Positions 62,138 through 64,000 of a DNA stretch of 64,000 nucleotides are shown in pieces. The DNA comes from Bacteroidota bacterium. Lineage in GTDB: Bacteria; Bacteroidota; Bacteroidia; Chitinophagales; JADIYW01. The notes under the pieces were generated by a model that worked only from the letters and a program-made list of their open reading frames with translations, was not told where the DNA came from and ran no database searches. Numbering within the stretch: position 1 is the stretch's first letter; each line of letters opens with the position of its first letter. Position numbers and translations under genes: made by a program. The stretch covers positions 16,975 to 80,974 of the forward strand of contig JAGQYE010000070.1 of the NCBI GenBank assembly GCA_020436225.1, read 5' to 3'.

Positions 62138-64000
62138 TTAAGCGTAAGATTCAATAGGCAAACATGTACAAACTAAATTTCTATCACCATACGTATTGTC
62201 AATTTTTGCAACACTTGGCCAAAATTTATATTCTTTTAATTGCTCTAATGGAAATACCGCAACTTCTCTACTATAGCAATGATTCCAACTATCAGCGATA
62301 GTTTCTTTTGCTGTATGTGGTGCATTTATAATTGGATTATCTTCTATAGTTGTCGTTCCATTTTTTATATTTTCCATTTCATTTTTGATAGAAATAAGTG
62401 CAGCGCAGAATTTATCTAATTCTGCTTTACTTTCACTTTCTGTTGGCTCAATCATCAAAGTGCCGGGAACAGGAAAGGCAACTGTAGGTGCGTGGTAGCC
62501 GTAATCCATCAAACGTTTTGCAATGTCAGCTGCATCAATTCCGGTTTCTTTTTTATAAGGACGAATATCCATAATAAATTCATGCGCCACTCGGTTATTT
62601 TTTCCTGAATATAAAATCGGATAATGTTGCTCCAATTTGGCTTTCAAATAATTGGCATTTAAAATAGCATATTTTGTAGCGTTAGTTATTCCTTCAGATC
62701 CCAACATTTTATTATATGCATACGAAATCAATAAAATAGCAGCACTTCCAAATGGCGCAGCAGAAATTGCAGGAATAGCATTTTCTCCACCAGTAGATAC
62801 AATAGGATTAGTTGGTAAAAATGGTGCTAATTCTTTTGTACAACAAATTGGTCCCATTCCCGGTCCGCCTCCGCCATGCGGAATAGCAAACGTTTTATGT
62901 AAATTAATGTGATTGACGTCAGCACCAATAGTTGCCGGCGAAGTAAGTCCAACTTGCGCATTCATATTGGCGCCATCCATATAAACTTTACCGCCATATT
63001 GATGAATGGTATCACAAATTTCTATAATGCTTTCTTCAAATACGCCATGTGTTGATGGATACGTTACCATCAAACAAGATAAATCGTTGGCATGCTGCTC
63101 AGCTTTAATTTTTAAATCTTCAACATCAATATTGCCTTCCGGAGTTGTTTTTACTAATACAATTTTCATTCCAGCCATAGCAGCACTTGCCGGATTGGTG
63201 CCATGCGCTGATGTTGGAATTAAAACCACATTTCGATGCGCTTCTCCTCGATAAATATGGTAAGCACGAATCAACATTAAACCGGCATATTCGCCTTGTG
63301 CGCCGGAATTCGGTTGCAATGAAGTTGCAGCAAAACCTGTAATAGTAGAAAGTTGATTTTCTAATTCTTGAATGATTTCTAAATATCCTTGAACTTGATG
63401 TTTGGGTTGAAAAGGATGCATATTGGCAAACTCAGGCCAACTTAAAGGGATTAATTCTGTAGTCGCATTTAATTTCATAGTGCAACTTCCCAATGGAATC
63501 ATCGAATAGGCTAATGACAAATCTTTCGATTCTAATTTTTTGATATAGCGAAGCATTTCAGTTTCTGAGTGATATTGGTTGAATACTTCGTGTGTCAAGA
63601 AATCGGAAGTTCTGCTTAAATTTTCCGGAAATTGCATTGCCGGATTTTCAAGAAATGAAGTAACATATTTAGCGCCAATCGCATCAGCAAAAATTTGTGC
63701 TATAGCTTCAATGTCTTGTTGTGAAGTTGTTTCGTCAATGCTGATTTGAATAGTACCATCAACATTATACCAAAAATTAAATAATCGTTCTTCAGCAATT
63801 GTTTTTATTTTTTCTTGTTGATTTCTGGAGTCGATTATTAAAGTGTCAAAGAAATAAGTTGTTTGGTTAGTAAATCCTAAACGCTTCAATTCATTAGCTA
63901 AGGCAACAGTATTAAAGTGAATAGAATTTGCTATGTTTTTAATACCATCTTTTCCATGATAAACGGCATACATACTTGCCATGATAGCCAATAATGCTTG
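62138..64000 (-). CDS. gcvP: Glycine dehydrogenase (decarboxylating) GcvP, C-terminal two-thirds (N-terminus beyond window)
   Basis: The frame stays open past the ORF-track Met to the window edge (QALLAIMASMYAVYHG...). NLHKTFAIPHGGGGPG contains the PLP-binding Lys. C-terminal GDRNLVCTC. Confidence 0.92.
   Translation of the reverse strand, partial: QALLAIMASMYAVYHGKDGIKNIANSIHFNTVALANELKRLGFTNQTTYFFDTLIIDSRNQQEKIKTIAEERLFNFWYNVDGTIQISIDETTSQQDIEAIAQIFADAIGAKYVTSFLENPAMQFPENLSRTSDFLTHEVFNQYHSETEMLRYIKKLESKDLSLAYSMIPLGSCTMKLNATTELIPLSWPEFANMHPFQPKHQVQGYLEIIQELENQLSTITGFAATSLQPNSGAQGEYAGLMLIRAYHIYRGEAHRNVVLIPTSAHGTNPASAAMAGMKIVLVKTTPEGNIDVEDLKIKAEQHANDLSCLMVTYPSTHGVFEESIIEICDTIHQYGGKVYMDGANMNAQVGLTSPATIGADVNHINLHKTFAIPHGGGGPGMGPICCTKELAPFLPTNPIVSTGGENAIPAISAAPFGSAAILLISYAYNKMLGSEGITNATKYAILNANYLKAKLEQHYPILYSGKNNRVAHEFIMDIRPYKKETGIDAADIAKRLMDYGYHAPTVAFPVPGTLMIEPTESESKAELDKFCAALISIKNEMENIKNGTTTIEDNPIINAPHTAKETIADSWNHCYSREVAVFPLEQLKEYKFWPSVAKIDNTYGDRNLVCTCLPIESYA

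Noticed and set aside
1-64000. CRISPR arrays, rRNA genes, IS elements, integrases, prophage or conjugative genes
   Set aside because: I saw no regularly spaced repeat arrays, rRNA-like conserved blocks, or transposase, integrase or phage-structural ORFs. The only repeats are the short hairpin families and local duplications reported above.

Overview
This is an AT-rich, densely packed chromosomal segment that looks like a Bacteroidota genome. Supporting marks are a T9SS C-terminal sorting domain, a PorX-type receiver-PglZ regulator, a fused CcoN/CcoO, DUF1573/DUF4197/DUF4105 families, and repeated TAnnTTTG -7 promoter boxes just upstream of starts. I support about 60 protein genes and one tRNA-His(GUG). 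I saw no rRNA, CRISPR array, transposase, integrase or phage gene.

Main blocks:
- (a) 3.8-15.4 kb is an oxygen-themed neighbourhood. It holds miaE, hemF, an FNR-type regulator, and a complete cbb3 oxidase assembly and structural cluster: ccoI, ccoS (missed by the ORF track), ccoNO, ccoQ, ccoP, ccoG, fixH and a TauE/DsbD_2-like gene.
- (b) 20.5-27.6 kb is a translationally coupled, all-membrane-anchored operon (MoxR, DUF58, DUF4350, DUF4129, SpoIIM-like) with a divergent RDD gene. Its function is unknown, and it is my best candidate for an undescribed system.
- (c) 27.7-31.3 kb encodes secreted or outer-membrane proteins, including an orphan 442-aa protein.
- (d) The rest is housekeeping: ahcY, cinA, an E2 acyltransferase, argG, lgt, msrB, tsaE, porX, lpxC, lpxA, accC, ccmBCD-like genes, gdh, mltG and gcvP.

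Non-coding observations:
- Two ATGAT-N4-ATCAT palindromes flank the cco assembly genes.
- A consensus ARG box lies next to the arg mini-operon.
- Two families of short dispersed hairpin repeats are present.
- The cinA 3' end is duplicated.
- An orphan plus-strand hairpin with a terminator sits in the largest intergenic gap.
- LpxC lacks the FabZ fusion usual in this phylum.

All calls come from reading the sequence and from remembered family motifs. No searches or folding were run, and coordinates were counted by hand.
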